Below, piece after piece: positions 1 through 14,631 of a DNA stretch of 46,530 bases. Source of the stretch: Asterionella formosa (lineage: Eukaryota); contig NKIB01014168.1 of the NCBI GenBank assembly GCA_002256025.1, positions 1 through 46,530 on the forward strand, given 5' to 3'. Both the position numbers and the translations under genes were made by a program. The notes beneath the pieces are model-generated. The model was given only the letters and a program-made list of their open reading frames with translations, ran no database searches and had not been told where the DNA came from. Positions within the stretch are counted from its first letter, which is position 1. Each line of letters starts with the position of its first letter.

Positions 1-1026
1 GATACTTGGCGTATTGCTATTCCTACATCATTATTGGATCCTATTATTAATTGGTATCATCAGATGTTAGCTCATGTGGGTATGACAAGATTAAATGCTA
101 CAATTGCTACACATTTTTATCACCCTATATTAAAAACAAGAGTGGAACATATTGTAAGAGTATGTGAAGCATGTCAACGTACAAAATTACCTGGTACTGG
201 TTTTGGTGAACTTCCACCCAGGAATGCATTATTATTACCATGGTCAGAAGTCGCAGTAGATCTAATTGGTCCATGGAAGATAACAGTGGCTGCTCAAACG
301 ATTGAATTTCGTGCTCTAACTTGTATTGACACAGTCACCAATTTAGCAGAAATTTCACGTATCATCAATAAAACATCAGAATATATTGCAATGAAATTTG
401 AAAATGATTGGTTAGCCAGATATCCCCGTCCAGAACGTTGTATACATGACAATGGAGGTGAATTTACTGGTGCTCCTTTCTTACACATGTTAGTATTGAA
501 TGGAATCAAAGATGTGACTACCACAGTAAAGAATCCACAAGCAAATGCTATCTGTGAACGTTTCCATCAATCTATCAGCAATAGTCTACGAGTTATGTTA
601 AAGGCTCATCCTCCAATCAATGAATTTCAAGCCCAAAATATTGTGGATACATGTTTTGCAGCTGCGTCATATGCAGCTCGAGCTACTATTCATAGTATAT
701 TACGTATTTCACCAGGAGCATGGGTTTTCCAACGTGATATGATATTAAATATTCCTTTGATTACAGATTTACAATTAATACATCAACGTCGACAGGTGAT
801 AATTGACGAACGTTTACGTCGTGCAAATTTCCGTCGTCGATCTTATGATTACAAAGTGGGTGACGAGATTTTAATATTATTGGATAATCCTACTACTTTG
901 GATGATCGTGGACGAGGTCCTTATACTATTATTCAAGTACATGCCAATGGTACAGTTACTTTTCAACGCACTATGCATATTACCGAACGAATTAATATTC
1001 GTCGTATCAAACCTTTTCATAGGTAA
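1..1026 (+). CDS. Ty3/Gypsy retrotransposon Pol, C-terminal integrase (5' part lies outside the window)
   Basis: The frame is open from base 1. It has the HHCC zinc motif (WYH..LAHVG...CEAC), the DDE core (VAVDLIGP, HDNGGEF, PQANAICERFH) and a GPY motif near the C-terminus. Integrase placed last before the PPT fits Gypsy order. Confidence 0.93.
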   Translation, partial: DTWRIAIPTSLLDPIINWYHQMLAHVGMTRLNATIATHFYHPILKTRVEHIVRVCEACQRTKLPGTGFGELPPRNALLLPWSEVAVDLIGPWKITVAAQTIEFRALTCIDTVTNLAEISRIINKTSEYIAMKFENDWLARYPRPERCIHDNGGEFTGAPFLHMLVLNGIKDVTTTVKNPQANAICERFHQSISNSLRVMLKAHPPINEFQAQNIVDTCFAAASYAARATIHSILRISPGAWVFQRDMILNIPLITDLQLIHQRRQVIIDERLRRANFRRRSYDYKVGDEILILLDNPTTLDDRGRGPYTIIQVHANGTVTFQRTMHITERINIRRIKPFHR

Positions 1027-1052
1027 AAGGTTTTCCCTCAAGTGTGGGAGAG

Positions 1053-1248
1053 TGAGCAATCCTGCACATCGATACAGATATATATAGAGTTGGGGTTATG
1101 TCAAATATATCGGAATTCAATAATGAGAGAACTCGACTAACACCCATTCTATACTTTTGATGTCAGTTCAGGAAATGAGTTATACATAAGGATTAATTAA
1201 TAAGCTCATATATTCAACAAATACTACTACTTCTAGTTAGATACTTCA
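1053..1248 (+). mobile_element. Putative 3' LTR of the Gypsy element (~196 bp)
   Basis: The purine tract GGGAGAG (1046-1052) is immediately followed by TGAG. The AT-rich segment has a TATA-like run (~1077-1087) and ends TTCA at 1248, right before the CCAGGTACC repeat. The 5' LTR is not in the window, so it cannot be confirmed. Confidence 0.65.
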
Positions 1249-1278
1249 CCAGGTACCTGGTACCTGGTACCTGGTACC
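1249..1278. repeat. CCAGGTA/TACCTGG heptamer array (example of a repeat found window-wide)
   Basis: ccaggtacctggtacctggtacctggtacc. Similar arrays occur at ~5831, 6104-6213, 7367-7388, 7858, 19699-19766, 23198, 34114, 38161-38220, 38990-39103 and 45126-45302. Confidence 0.9.
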
Positions 1279-1737
1279 ATTGCGTACCTGCATACCGGTA
1301 TATGCTGTCGTTGATACATGCAGGTTGCGGCAATCTTGCTATACTATTAAGAGCTACGTACCCCTTCGTGCCGGCAATACTGTAGTGATTCCAATTCCAA
1401 ATTGATACTCCCTCTGTTCAAAATCAACAGTCAGTGCAAGGCCCGGGTTGATTTTTTCTTCGTTATACAGTACTGTACTTCTACCGTGATCAAGTACAGA
1501 AAAATACCGTCAACGCATGTATTTTCCCATTGTTCGCAGTAGAACTACCAGTAAACTTAGCGTGTGTACAACTTGAGTTGATTTTTACAAGTAGTAATAC
1601 CAACTTACTGAGTATTTTAGGTATACCGGTACCGGTAGTGTACTAAAATATATGATATTATTTTTGGACACACGTGATTTCAGGTCGCGCCTTGTTTTCG
1701 CATAACCGCAGGGGCTCCATACGCACACACACGTTCC

Positions 1738-3375
1738 ATGCTGACAATGACGGCTCCCGTTTACCCTCCTCCTTCTTGGTCCGCGGAACCTTCGCACCTC
1801 TGGCAGCTGCTAGAAATCAAGGCTGGCCATGAAATCGGCACTCATCTCCTTCAAACAGCCTTGATAACGTTTGGCCGCGCAGCGGATGTCGTCACTGTGC
1901 CATTGGCTCATGAGAGTTGTTCTCGCCTCCACGCGAGAATTGCCTTTGATTCCTCCGGTCAGCCTTGGCTGCGAGATTTGGCAAGTACACACGGAGTAAC
2001 GGTGAACAAGCGAAGACTCCCTCAAGAGGCCATTTCCAAGGTGGAACCTGCAGACTCGACTGTTAAGGGATCACGGGGGGTCATATTGTTTCCGGGCGAT
2101 ATAATTCAGTTTGGGGCGTCATCGAGGATTTATGTCCTGGAAGGTCCTCCCGAAATGGAGCGAGGGGCCATGGAAATAAAGCGAAAAATCGAACAAATCC
2201 AACAGCAGAATGCGCCACCTACTGCCGTGAATCAACCAAGAGAAGATCCTACTGATGAGCCGACAGCGACAGATAGTGATCCGTCCGTAGCACTGACCAA
2301 ACTAGACGCATCTCAATTATCAGAAAATCTTCGAAAACGATACGAAAGCATCAAGACAAAGAAAGCAAAGCTGGAAAATGTCGAGACAGAGGCAGAACGG
2401 ATACAGTGCAAAGGTGAACTAAGCGATGGTCAGAAACGACAACTTGCACTCAATCAAGATCGCATTACGAAGCTACACGAAGAAATCGCCGAGTCAGAGA
2501 AAGCTCTCTATGAGAAATTATTTGGAAAAGTAAGAAAGGAACAAAAGCAACAATTCGCAGCCAACGAGGAGGAGGATGTCGACGATCGGACAGCTAAGAA
2601 ACGACCAATTACATCGACCATGTCACGGGCAGAAGATGAAGCCTCTCTGACGCAGAAATGGAAATTGATGCAAGGTAAATGGATACAATCTCGACAGGCT
2701 GTAGAGAAAACTAACAAGCATATTTTACAGCTGAAACGCAAGCTTCAATCGTTGGCTGAGGGAGACGACGAGATATTTTACCTACAAAACGACATTGAAT
2801 TGGCTAGCGACAATCTAGCAAGGTCCGAGAAAAAAAAGGTGTGGCTTGAAGTGGATTTGAAAGAAATAGAAAGTTTATTACTGCTAGTGAACGACAAATT
2901 AAAGTTTGACCGTGAGAGTGGGTGTATCGGCAATAAACGTCTACAAGAGGTTCCACGAGAAGAATCCATGCCAGTGCCAAACACGATTTCGCCAACAGCA
3001 CGAGGCGGAGGAGTGCTGTTACCACCATCGAACAGATCGAAACCCATAATACCTACGGCTTCTTCAACCTTAAAATTTTCTGCTGACGAATCGTCGTCTA
3101 TGCCTCCGCCCGGAATGATGATGCCGCCGACGAAACGAACTCGCATTGTGCCACCAATGTCAGCTCCACCCGCACAAGGACCTTCCCAAAATGCGGCGCC
3201 GATTGGAACTCTGGCTTTTTTAATTTCTGGAGATGGGTCAAGCCAAGAAATCAAAGCAGTGAAAAACCAAGAAAAATCTACCTTTGATGCCAAGAAAGAT
3301 GTGTGGGTAACACCAATAGGGCAAGACGGTAGCGGCAGGACGAAGTTGAATGAGAAATTTGGAGGTCGATATTAA
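1738..3375 (+). CDS. FHA-domain coiled-coil protein, kanadaptin (SLC4A1AP)-like
   Basis: N-terminal YPPPSWS, then FHA motifs FGR...H.S.SR.HA...DLASTHG..VN...IQFGASSRIYVL. It has coiled coils and the C-terminal W..P.GQDGSGRTKLNEKFG typical of kanadaptin. Confidence 0.85.
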   Translation: MLTMTAPVYPPPSWSAEPSHLWQLLEIKAGHEIGTHLLQTALITFGRAADVVTVPLAHESCSRLHARIAFDSSGQPWLRDLASTHGVTVNKRRLPQEAISKVEPADSTVKGSRGVILFPGDIIQFGASSRIYVLEGPPEMERGAMEIKRKIEQIQQQNAPPTAVNQPREDPTDEPTATDSDPSVALTKLDASQLSENLRKRYESIKTKKAKLENVETEAERIQCKGELSDGQKRQLALNQDRITKLHEEIAESEKALYEKLFGKVRKEQKQQFAANEEEDVDDRTAKKRPITSTMSRAEDEASLTQKWKLMQGKWIQSRQAVEKTNKHILQLKRKLQSLAEGDDEIFYLQNDIELASDNLARSEKKKVWLEVDLKEIESLLLLVNDKLKFDRESGCIGNKRLQEVPREESMPVPNTISPTARGGGVLLPPSNRSKPIIPTASSTLKFSADESSSMPPPGMMMPPTKRTRIVPPMSAPPAQGPSQNAAPIGTLAFLISGDGSSQEIKAVKNQEKSTFDAKKDVWVTPIGQDGSGRTKLNEKFGGRY

Positions 3376-3566
3376 GGATGACGAAATATAGAGTGTTTTC
3401 ATCATGTGTTTAAATAGCTATCGAGTAAATCGACAATCATTAACAAACTAATCCACCAAACTAAAGGTTGCTAAATCTCTATTATTACTGTTTGCTCACC
3501 ACACCTATTTCTTGGGTGCCATACAACTGCCAACTTCAACCCAACAAAAAATAAGCTATAGCCGCT

Positions 3567-5542
<1,976 letters not shown>

Positions 5543-7892
5543 CTATAGAAACTCTTAGGAAGATGTGCTGATGGATGGCGGGATGTTTGACCAACGTTGT
5601 TGACAGTTGCAGTCCACACAAAAACCGTGCCCCAAGCAAGATGCAGGAGCGAGGATGGGTGTGATGTGAAGGCACATCAACACGTGCAACGACAACCATA
5701 TAATAATTTAGCCATCAAATAATGATGGGAACTCCAGTGGACTGACGTATCCATCCGAATGGCTGTGTCTGTGGTCAGATTTGAGTCAACTGAGTCGGCA
5801 ACCCTAAAATCTGCCACCCAAACTTTTCATGGTACCTGGTACTAGCAGGTACCAGTTAGTTACTTGGCATTACACCGGAGTACATACTTACTACATATTC
5901 TGAGGCCAGCTATACACATACCGGTATATGTTAACATGAATGTCTACCCTGAACCCTGAACCGTATACTGTGCCAGGATTGACAATTAATTCTAACCCCA
6001 ACACTACCATTTTTTGCCGAAGTGAAAGCTAGTCCACTGGTAGTTTACTAGCATGACACAGGTACAAAGCATGCACTGGAGTATGGATAGTGAGTGAGTG
6101 GGCGGTACCTGGTACCTGGTACCTGGTATCTCTCGTCACCAGCCATGGTGCCGCTGTTAAAATGAGCAAGTACCGCTACTCGGTTCCAGGTACTGGTACC
6201 TGGTACCCTGGTACCAATAACAGTACCACTACCTGGAACTGCAGGATATTGCTAGCTTCGTCGTGTGTGATGCGAATTTAACTGGTCTGATGTATATAAG
6301 CAGGCAATGAAATAACTACTGGTATGTGCATTGAAAATGAAATTAGAATTTAATATAGTAAGCATGAATGTTACTATTCAGTAGTATATGTATTTATCTA
6401 GCTAAACATGGCCGTAGTTGTGGATGCCCACCACCGCTGCAATCTTTCAACATTTGGGTGAGGAGAATGTGAGTAATACTTGTCTTATCCTTACCATATG
6501 TCTCATAGATTTAGTCCAGGGCTACATGTGCCATGTACCCACTCAAACTAGCATCCCAGAAAAGCTTGTGCTGATAGTAGATTCATATTCCCCATCCTCC
6601 CTGCCCTGCTGCTTGTAAATAGTAGCCTTTCTGGGTTTTCGTTCTGCAATTCCAACTTCCTATTCTTACCAAGGAACAAGTTAAGTTTGGTGTCTTCGAA
6701 GGTTCCTTTTATAATCAGGATCCACATCCATGTTTGTTTCTTCGTCCTCAATACCTGCTTGATTGTTGGTGTTGTTGGTTCCTAGAGCAAGCTGTTCTAC
6801 ATTGACCTATTGTACATTGCTTGGCTGGGTAGCCTAGCTTTTCATAAGACATTTAGATAGCTACAACTTACATAGCAAATGTTGACTATTCCATGAGCTT
6901 TACTATGGCCTTTTTGAGGATGACGAGGTCATTGACAGGCACATAGTAGTAGTACCTTGTTGGATTTCCACTGTGGGTAATAGCATTCCAAGTGAAAAGA
7001 CAATTTGGCATAAATACTGCAATACATTTTTTATTAATATTCAATGGAAGAATACTGGCCAATTGTTTTGCTATCATCTTGTAACCCCAGGCTCCTCTAC
7101 ACTGAAGCAACTCACAGCCTTTAGTATAGGCTATATGCCATCATTTCTTCCTACCTGGTGTACAGCATAATAGAAATAAGTACGCATTCATTAGCATGGG
7201 AATGTCTCAGTTCATTCACTCTCCTGGTCATCATTGTTGCCATGTTGATGTTTAAGTTTAATTTAATTATTGTTTTACCAGTAGCTAGTATAATCCCTCA
7301 GCAACATCACATCACACATCCAGGTACACCCGTATGGGTCGTACTAGTCGTACTCAACTGTACTCACCAGGTACCAGGTACCTGGTACAATTTCTTGGAC
7401 AATACCATTGTATACCGCAGGGTTCCATTGCTCCGTTGGTAGACTATTCTTCCAAAATGTGAAAAAAATTCTACCTCCAGTACTTCTGGATAGAATTTTT
7501 GCCTTTCTCCATACCATATTTTCACCAGTGTCAAGCAAGGATGTCCAGAATTTGAACACTACCGAAGCCCTACAGAAAAATACTACTTTGGTAGAATTTC
7601 GTCAATGATGTACTGGTTTCATATCATGCATGTAGAGGAATCTACCAGTAATGGTTTTTTTCGTTATATCATATAAAGCAGCATGTACAGGGCAAGATGC
7701 GGTCAATGAGAAATTTAGCTTTATTTCCCTCATTGTTATAAGAGACGTCTTTTACCGCCACAGGTACGGTAGGCCTGGTACCTCGGACCAGATCAAACAA
7801 GTAGTATACACGTATACACCAGTATACCAGGCATTCCAGTAGTACCGCTACATACTTCCAGGTACCAGGTACCGGTACTCTGGAGTACCGTA

Positions 7893-8530
7893 TACTTCAT
7901 TGTCCTGGACCCCCCAATGTACACTGCCGTGACTGAATTTGACTGATTTTACTTAAGGGGGGCCCAGGACAATGAAGAGATTTCCCTTATAATGGACCTA
8001 AGTAAATTTCTTTAGTTCTACAGGATAGCGCACATTTTTCTAAGATGTATTAATATGACAATTATTTCCTTCTTATGAAAAATGAGAGAGTTCTTCACCT
8101 CGCAAGAAAAACGCGACTTCATGTTGTTATCGGCGATCTCAATTTTCGTTGTCATTATTAGTGTTATTACTTTACTTCTTTTACGATTGTATTTTCCATG
8201 TCATTCTTAATACAGGTAGCAAGTAGCAAAGCGTCGTTCTCTATTTTCGTGGAGATAATTCGTATTTTCGTCATGGTCAAGGTTGCGACAACATCATGAA
8301 GGATTCTCCAGCTGCTCACAGCCACTACCTGTCGTCTCTTGTGTTTTGTATGTACAAAAGAATCGCAAAATGGTAGCTAAATTATTACATACTAGTGCCT
8401 ACGAGGACAAAAAGAATTATAGCATGTTACTTTGTCTATGACAAGAAAATTATTGGGTGTTTGGTTCCACCTCGAGAAAAATGTACAGGGGGGTCCAGCA
8501 ACCATAGGGGGGGTCCAGGACAATGAAGTA
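7893..8530. mobile_element. Non-autonomous DNA transposon (MITE family B), ~640 bp, TA-flanked
   Basis: Perfect terminal inverted repeats: TATACTTCATTGTCCTGGACCCCCC (7891-7915) and GGGGGGTCCAGGACAATGAAGTATA (8508-8532). The interior is AT-rich and non-coding. Confidence 0.85.
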
Positions 8531-8751
8531 TACGGTACACTAATTCCATTTTACCTTCATCTGGCTGGTCGAGAGCAAGAAAATAGAAGAAAGGCCAGAC
8601 GGGGCGCGCCAAATTTTACTCTGGCTGATTTTTTTGATACATAATACCTGTATCGGACAATCAAATTTCATTTTCTGCTTTCATCGTTTCATTGCGTTTC
8701 TCCCATCCATCATATCAACAAAATAAAAAACCAGCGAAACTCACTTTGAAC

Positions 8752-10427
8752 ATGCCATCAACCACGTCCTCTATTACAATTACTTTTGGAGGGGTGAACT
8801 TTCTCCTTGAGCCAAAAGCAGTTGGAAGCGAGCTAAGCTTTGTGAATGGCAAGAACTCCGACGAAGTAGTGTTGAATTTGAATAACTTTTCCGGGGCTTT
8901 GGTGGTTTCCTTGGCTGAAACAAAGAAAGAAAACAAGAGTATCATCGAGGAAGAGCCATTATCTCCACCTGGTGCTTCAGTACAGAAAGTTTCACCTCGT
9001 CAGCAACAACTCAGTTTTGGGGCAAGTACTGCAAAGCACAACTATTGTACTGTTTCAGTGGGCAAGGTAGGTCGACAGGGGGTACCCACATTTATTTCCT
9101 ATTCTTGTGCATGCTCTCACCAACCCCACAGCAAGAAAATTTCATCGATTTGTCCACTCCTATCTTGAAGAGTGCCACTGCACAAAACGCTCCTTGCAAG
9201 GCGGTCGGTCACGAAAATCAATCGTCGCCGGAACTCCCACGCGCGACTCATGTGGACTCTCCTCCACGCAAAAAGATGAAAGGAGATGACGAGAATGAAT
9301 CATTGGCTCTTGGTCAATCGAGTGATGTGGATACAACTCAAGGCTGTGGTGATACTATCTTAGATTGTGACGAAAGAAGCATTTCAACTGACAACATGGA
9401 GACGTCAATCGTTGAAGTGGACCCCACTCCAACGACTATTGCGAAGGAGTGCAAGAGCTTACTAGCTCCCACACCGCGTTGGGGCCACTCGGCCACAGTA
9501 ATTGATGGTGATCGACTTCTCATATATGGTGGACAGTCGGAATCTGGCACACTCAAAGACCTGCTTGTGTATTCTTTGAACGACGACAAATGGACCAAGC
9601 CTGTGAATTGCGAAGGACTTCCTCGTCAATGGCATACGGCCACATATCTTCCTGAACGTCAGCTACTGATTTGTTTTGGTGGTGAAGCTCCGAATAAGAA
9701 GGGGAAAATCACCACTACTGACCAAGTCATGGTTCTAGATACAGAATTGATGCTGTGGTATCCACCATCAGTTTCTGGTCTGATCCCATCCGGGCGTAGT
9801 GGACACACAGCCAGTATACTGCCAAATTCCAACGATTTGCTAATTTTTGGAGGAGTCAAGGGCACCAAATGGACTAACAGTGTCGCCGTGCTGGATATTT
9901 CGCGTTGGAAATGGGACGTACCCAAAATTCTTGGAGATGGACCTTGTCCCAGGAGTTATCACTCTGCCACGCCCATGTTGAAATCTAACAATAAGTGTTG
10001 GTTGGTAATCTTCGGAGGCAACGATTCAGTCGAAAGCTATAACACTGTCCATGTGCTTGAAACAAACAACAACAATTGGACCTGGATCGATCCACTCTGT
10101 TCTGGAGACTTGCCTCCCCCTCGCACAGGCCACTCTGCAACCTTGCTTGATGACGAGTCCACCATTTTGGTGTATGGAGGCTGGGACCCAAATGCAGACG
10201 ATGACGATGATGTCGACGATGTTATAATGAAGGATGCCTATCTTTTGGATACGACGACGTGGATTTGGACCAAGGTCGAGAATGACGTTGTGAGTCGCAG
10301 GGTTGGACACACGTCCTTGTTTAAGGACGATTGTGTAATGGTTTTTGGTGGACGAACCCCTGAAGGCTTTACAAATGAATTCTTGACTCTGCAGATTCCC
10401 AACATCGAAGTTGGGCTGGGAGCATAG
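8752..10427 (+). CDS. Kelch-repeat beta-propeller protein; exons 8752-9066, 9132-10427
   Basis: Six kelch repeats (PRWGHSA..LIYGG, PRQWHTA..CFGG, GRSGHTA..IFGG, PRSYHSA..IFGG, PRTGHSA..VYGG, RRVGHTS..VFGG). The intron GTAG...CAG at 9067-9131 joins the two ORFs in frame. Confidence 0.88.
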
Positions 10428-11034
10428 ACAAATGAAGGGAACTACACAATAGAATGGATGAGCCGAGAACAAAATAATCCAACAATCTTCATTTTAAAGC
10501 AAGAATTGATGTCCGATACGGAGTAGCAAATCCTTTCTTCCCGGCTCCTATTACCGTTCGTCCCAACTAATCTACTTTCTAGTCAACTGTGTTCCTTCTA
10601 TATAATACGATACTGAAATGTATACTTGATAATGATTCGAGGAATTCTGTGCCTCAAAGCATTCACCATTGAGAGCGGATAGATTTTGTTTAGTCTCGAA
10701 ACGATTATAGCTTGTACACATGCTGGGATTAGATATCTTACGCTATAGTGCCAAACATGATGAGTTTCTCCTTTCAACCGGGCGATCACCATGATGTTGA
10801 CACTTCAGTCAAGAACCGTTGAGGCAACACATGTAATGTCAAGCAGAAGCGACATACCGTGATGCCACTTGCTAGAGTCGATCTACTACTCTTCGACTGA
10901 TGACTCCAGCATCAAATCCATAGTTTTGCAATAGGTAGCTGGAAATATAATTTTTCAACGTGTTCCAATGTCGATGTAATCAATAAAACTATTAATTAAG
11001 GTAAAAATAGTCTACTCGTATTTTCATCTCCTGA

Positions 11035-14000
11035 TTACTGGTGGGCTTTGGCGATAACTGACTCCATGTTCACCATACCAGTGAGAGTAGATTGAGCCGA
11101 ATCCTGTTTTCCTCCTCCTTTACCATCTGTTCCTTCGATAGTAGCATCAACCCAAGCCTTGCAATTGATATCAACTCCTTTTGGAGCAGCAGCAGATACT
11201 AAAATACGATCCGACTCCTGGTCACCACTGATAAGCATAAGTGCCTTGTCCTTGCACTGCTTACCAAAAGCTAATGTGACGGCCTTGGCAATCTTGCCGT
11301 CAATACCAAAATCATGGCGTAGAATCACTTTCTCGCCTTCTGTCGAAGCAGCCTTGTCCAAGGCGAGTTCAACAATGGTTCCAGTTTGCGCAGCCACTTT
11401 TTCCTTCTTAAAGGCGACCACTTTTTTCGAGTATGATGTCAAAGTTTCACGGAGATCAATCTTCAGGGAGGCGGAGATCGCAAGCTCGTTCAATTCGGGT
11501 GTTAATTTTTTGACCTCATCCTCGAGTTCATCGCCATCCAGGCTTCCAGCTGCAATGATTTTATCTTCTATAGCCTTACCGGCCAACTGAGCCTTCCTTG
11601 CATCAGCCATAGTGACCCCCGTGATTCGGCGAATACCCTTAGCTATACCCTCCTCATTCAATATGACAAATGCCTCAGCTTCCTTGGTATTACTCAAGTG
11701 GGTCCCACCACAGAATTCAACACTGTACTCATTCCATGTCGCGTCTTGAGGATTCTGCAACATATCATCAATTTTGAAAGGTGCGACACTCACGACACGA
11801 ACCGGGTCAGGATATTTTTCTCCAAAGACTGCACGAAGGCTGCTAATCTTTTGAGCGGCCTCGAGCGGGGCAACGAATGCTTCTACCGGAATGGCATCCT
11901 CGATACGACCTTGAACAATGTCTTCAACAGCCTTGAGCTCCTTGAGACTCAAAGGTCCATTCCACGAGAAGTCAAATCGCAGTTTGAATTCGTCCACCAA
12001 GGAACCCTTCTGGTCCACAGTGACAGTACCAACTTTTCCAGACTCGTTACGTGGACGCGTGACCAACACTTCTTGCAAAGCATAGTTAAGGACATGGGTC
12101 ATCGTATGATTGGATGCAATAGGAGCACGGCGAACATAGTCCACCTTACAAATGACGGTTTCACCAACAGTAAAAGTTCCTTCTGAAACTTTGCCGATGT
12201 GAAGGGCGAATTGTCCATACAATTGCACATTTTCAATTTGCAACGTAGCGCCATTCGAACTGACAATGATGCCAGTATCGTAGATCTGACCACCTGCTTC
12301 AGCATAAAAAGAAGTCTTGTCGAGGATAATTCCCACGGTGCCATGCTCGGACGTAATGGCGTCAACAAATCCAATATTGTCTTCAGTTTCATTTCTTCCG
12401 ATAAAGAGAGCCATGGCAGTACATCCCTCCAAATCTTGATTCCAAACGTATTTGGCTTCATCATCTGTAGCTTTCACTCCCTTTCCGACGAGGGTACTGG
12501 TTTGCTCAGCCACCAATCGCATATCCTTTCCGGAACCACCAGACATTTTCGCCAAGTGCGCAGCAGCACTGAGTTCTTGCTCGTACTGCATTTTAGCTTC
12601 AAAGGCATCCTTGTCCAATTTCAATGCAATTTCCTCCGCCATGAGTTCGGTCAGATCAACAGGAAAACCCATGGAGGTGTAGAGAAAGTGAGCGTCTTCT
12701 CCCGAAAATACACCATCCTTACTATTTTCCGCCAGTTCGTTGAACTTGAGCAAACCTCGATCAAGGGTTTGTCCAAAGGACTCTTCTTCCTCATTGATCA
12801 CAAATGTGATGTGAGCCTGTTTGGTAACCAGTTCCGGAAAAACCCCGCCCATCAAGTCAACCAACGAAGGAATTAACTTTGAGAAGAAGCCCAAGTCGGC
12901 TCCCAAATTTTGTCGTCCATACCTGACCGCCCGTCGCAAAATTCTTCGTAGAACATACCCACGACCATCATTGGAAGGTACGGCTCCATCTGCAATAGCA
13001 AATGAAAGGGTACGAATGTGATCCGCCACAACACGGTATGCCATATCCTTGAAGCCAACGTCGGCAACTCCGATTCGTCCTGTGTAAGGTTCGGCTCCCG
13101 TCAACTCTTGGATTTTTGCAAAAAGGGGCATGAAAATGTCCGTGTCGTAGTTCGAATCAACGTTTTGAAGGATGCTTACTAGGCGTTCCATACCCATCCC
13201 AGTGTCAATGTGTTGGGCGGGGAGAAGTCTCAAGGACCGATCGGCTTCACGATTGTACTGGATAAAGACATTGTTCCAGATCTCGATGACGTCAGGAAGG
13301 TCTGCGTTGACAAGCTTGGAAGCGTCCCGACCGCCGATTCGGTCGTAATGGATTTCCTGGCGAGGACGATGGTAAGTCAGTGAGGGACAAGTCAAGGAAA
13401 ACCAAGTTTGATCATGTCCCAAGAATCATACTCTAGTCTGCAAAAACTTACAGTACAAGGTCCGCACGGGCCAGTCGCCCCCATTTCCCAAAAGTTGTCT
13501 TTAGCATCAAAGGGGAGAATTCGTTCCGCAGGTAGGTATTTCAACCAAATCTCCCGGGCTTCATCGTCACAAGGAGTAGATTCATCTCCTCCAAAGTAAG
13601 TGGCGTACAAGCGTTCAGGGTTGAGTTTGAACTCCACCGTCAAACACTCCCATGCCATGTCGATGGCACCTTCCTTGAAGTAGTCTCCAAAGGACCTGAG
13701 TATTGCGAGCGAGGGCAGAGGCATTTAGTTAGTACATCGTTAAATGCTTTCCATGGCACGCACGAATACAGACAATGCCTCGCATAAAACCTACCAGTTG
13801 CCCAACATCTCAAAAAAAGTGTGATGATACACGTCCTTTCCGACATCATCCAAATCGTTGTGCTTTCCACCGGCACGGATGCACTTTTGCGAGTTGCACG
13901 CCCGCGTCACGTTAAAGAGCTCCATCTTTGGATCGCAAGTCCCAAGGAATTTGGACTTGAACTGATTCATGCCAGCATTGGCAAATAGCAAGGTGGGATC

Positions 14001-14138
14001 GTCATGTGGAACACACGGACTTGAGGCCCAATAGACGTGCTCATGCTTCTTGACGAAAAACTCAATAAAGGTCGATCTGACCTTGTTCATGGGCCATTCG
14101 AGCTCGTCCACTTTCGTATCTGCTTCTTCGGAACTCAT
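11035..14138 (-). CDS. AARS: Alanyl-tRNA synthetase; exons 14138-13795, 13695-13452, 13356-11035
   Basis: Motifs [47 protein letters not shown] and IDTGMGMER, the editing motifs NHTMTH and EFCGGTH, and C-terminal GKGGGK. Two GT-AG introns. Confidence 0.96.
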
Positions 14139-14530
14139 GCTGCCGTTTCTTGCTTTCTTTGATGGACAATTTTGGATCAACCAATGGCAACTATGAAATA
14201 GATTGACAGGTCTGCTCCTAAATCTATATAGGAAAGGGACGAGGAACAATGGTAGTAATGTGGATTGCTAGCTAGGACTAGCAAGCGCTGCTTTTTGCTT
14301 GCTATGTATCGTATTGCATTGCAGCAGGCAGAGATTCGTGTTTGCGTCGCCACACGTTTCAATGGCTCATTACCTTTTAATCGAACTGGCTGTCTAAAGA
14401 GTTAATACGCGAGTACAGTACTAGGTATGGCAATGAAAATCGTCACGTATAATACACACAACAGAGCAACGTATAGTAAAGGTCATTTCTTCGCACCCAC
14501 TCCGTCATATGACGCATGATGATCATGTTA

Positions 14531-14631
14531 TACCTGCAAGTTGCGGTCATTTTGCTTAAAACTAACATTTGAATCCGGGATAAAGATAGCTAAATCTTTA
14601 GTTTCAGCAAAATTACCGCAACTTGCTGGTA
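14531..14631. mobile_element. ~100-bp MITE (family A), complete copy
   Basis: TIRs TACCTGCAAGTTGCGGTCATTTTGCT and AGCAAAATTACCGCAACTTGCTGGTA, flanked by TA. Internal core GGGATAAAGATAGCTAAA. Confidence 0.85.

Noticed and set aside
5946..6000. Telomere-like ACCCTGA/TAACCC units
   Set aside because: Only two or three degenerate units at an internal position.
7425..7654. Additional MITE with imperfect inverted ends
   Set aside because: The inverted match needs several gaps and there is no second copy in the window.
6090..7842. Short ORFs containing VPGTWY-type peptides
   Set aside because: These are translations of the heptamer repeat and AT-rich decayed DNA with no recognisable domains.
10755..10905. 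Box C/D snoRNA (ATGATGA ... CTGA)
   Set aside because: The boxes are short and could be chance matches. I recognised no terminal stem or rRNA guide.
14139..14370. N-terminal organelle-targeting extension of AlaRS
   Set aside because: There is no in-frame ATG before the stop at 14268-14270, and I could not define a convincing extra intron. RNA-seq is needed.
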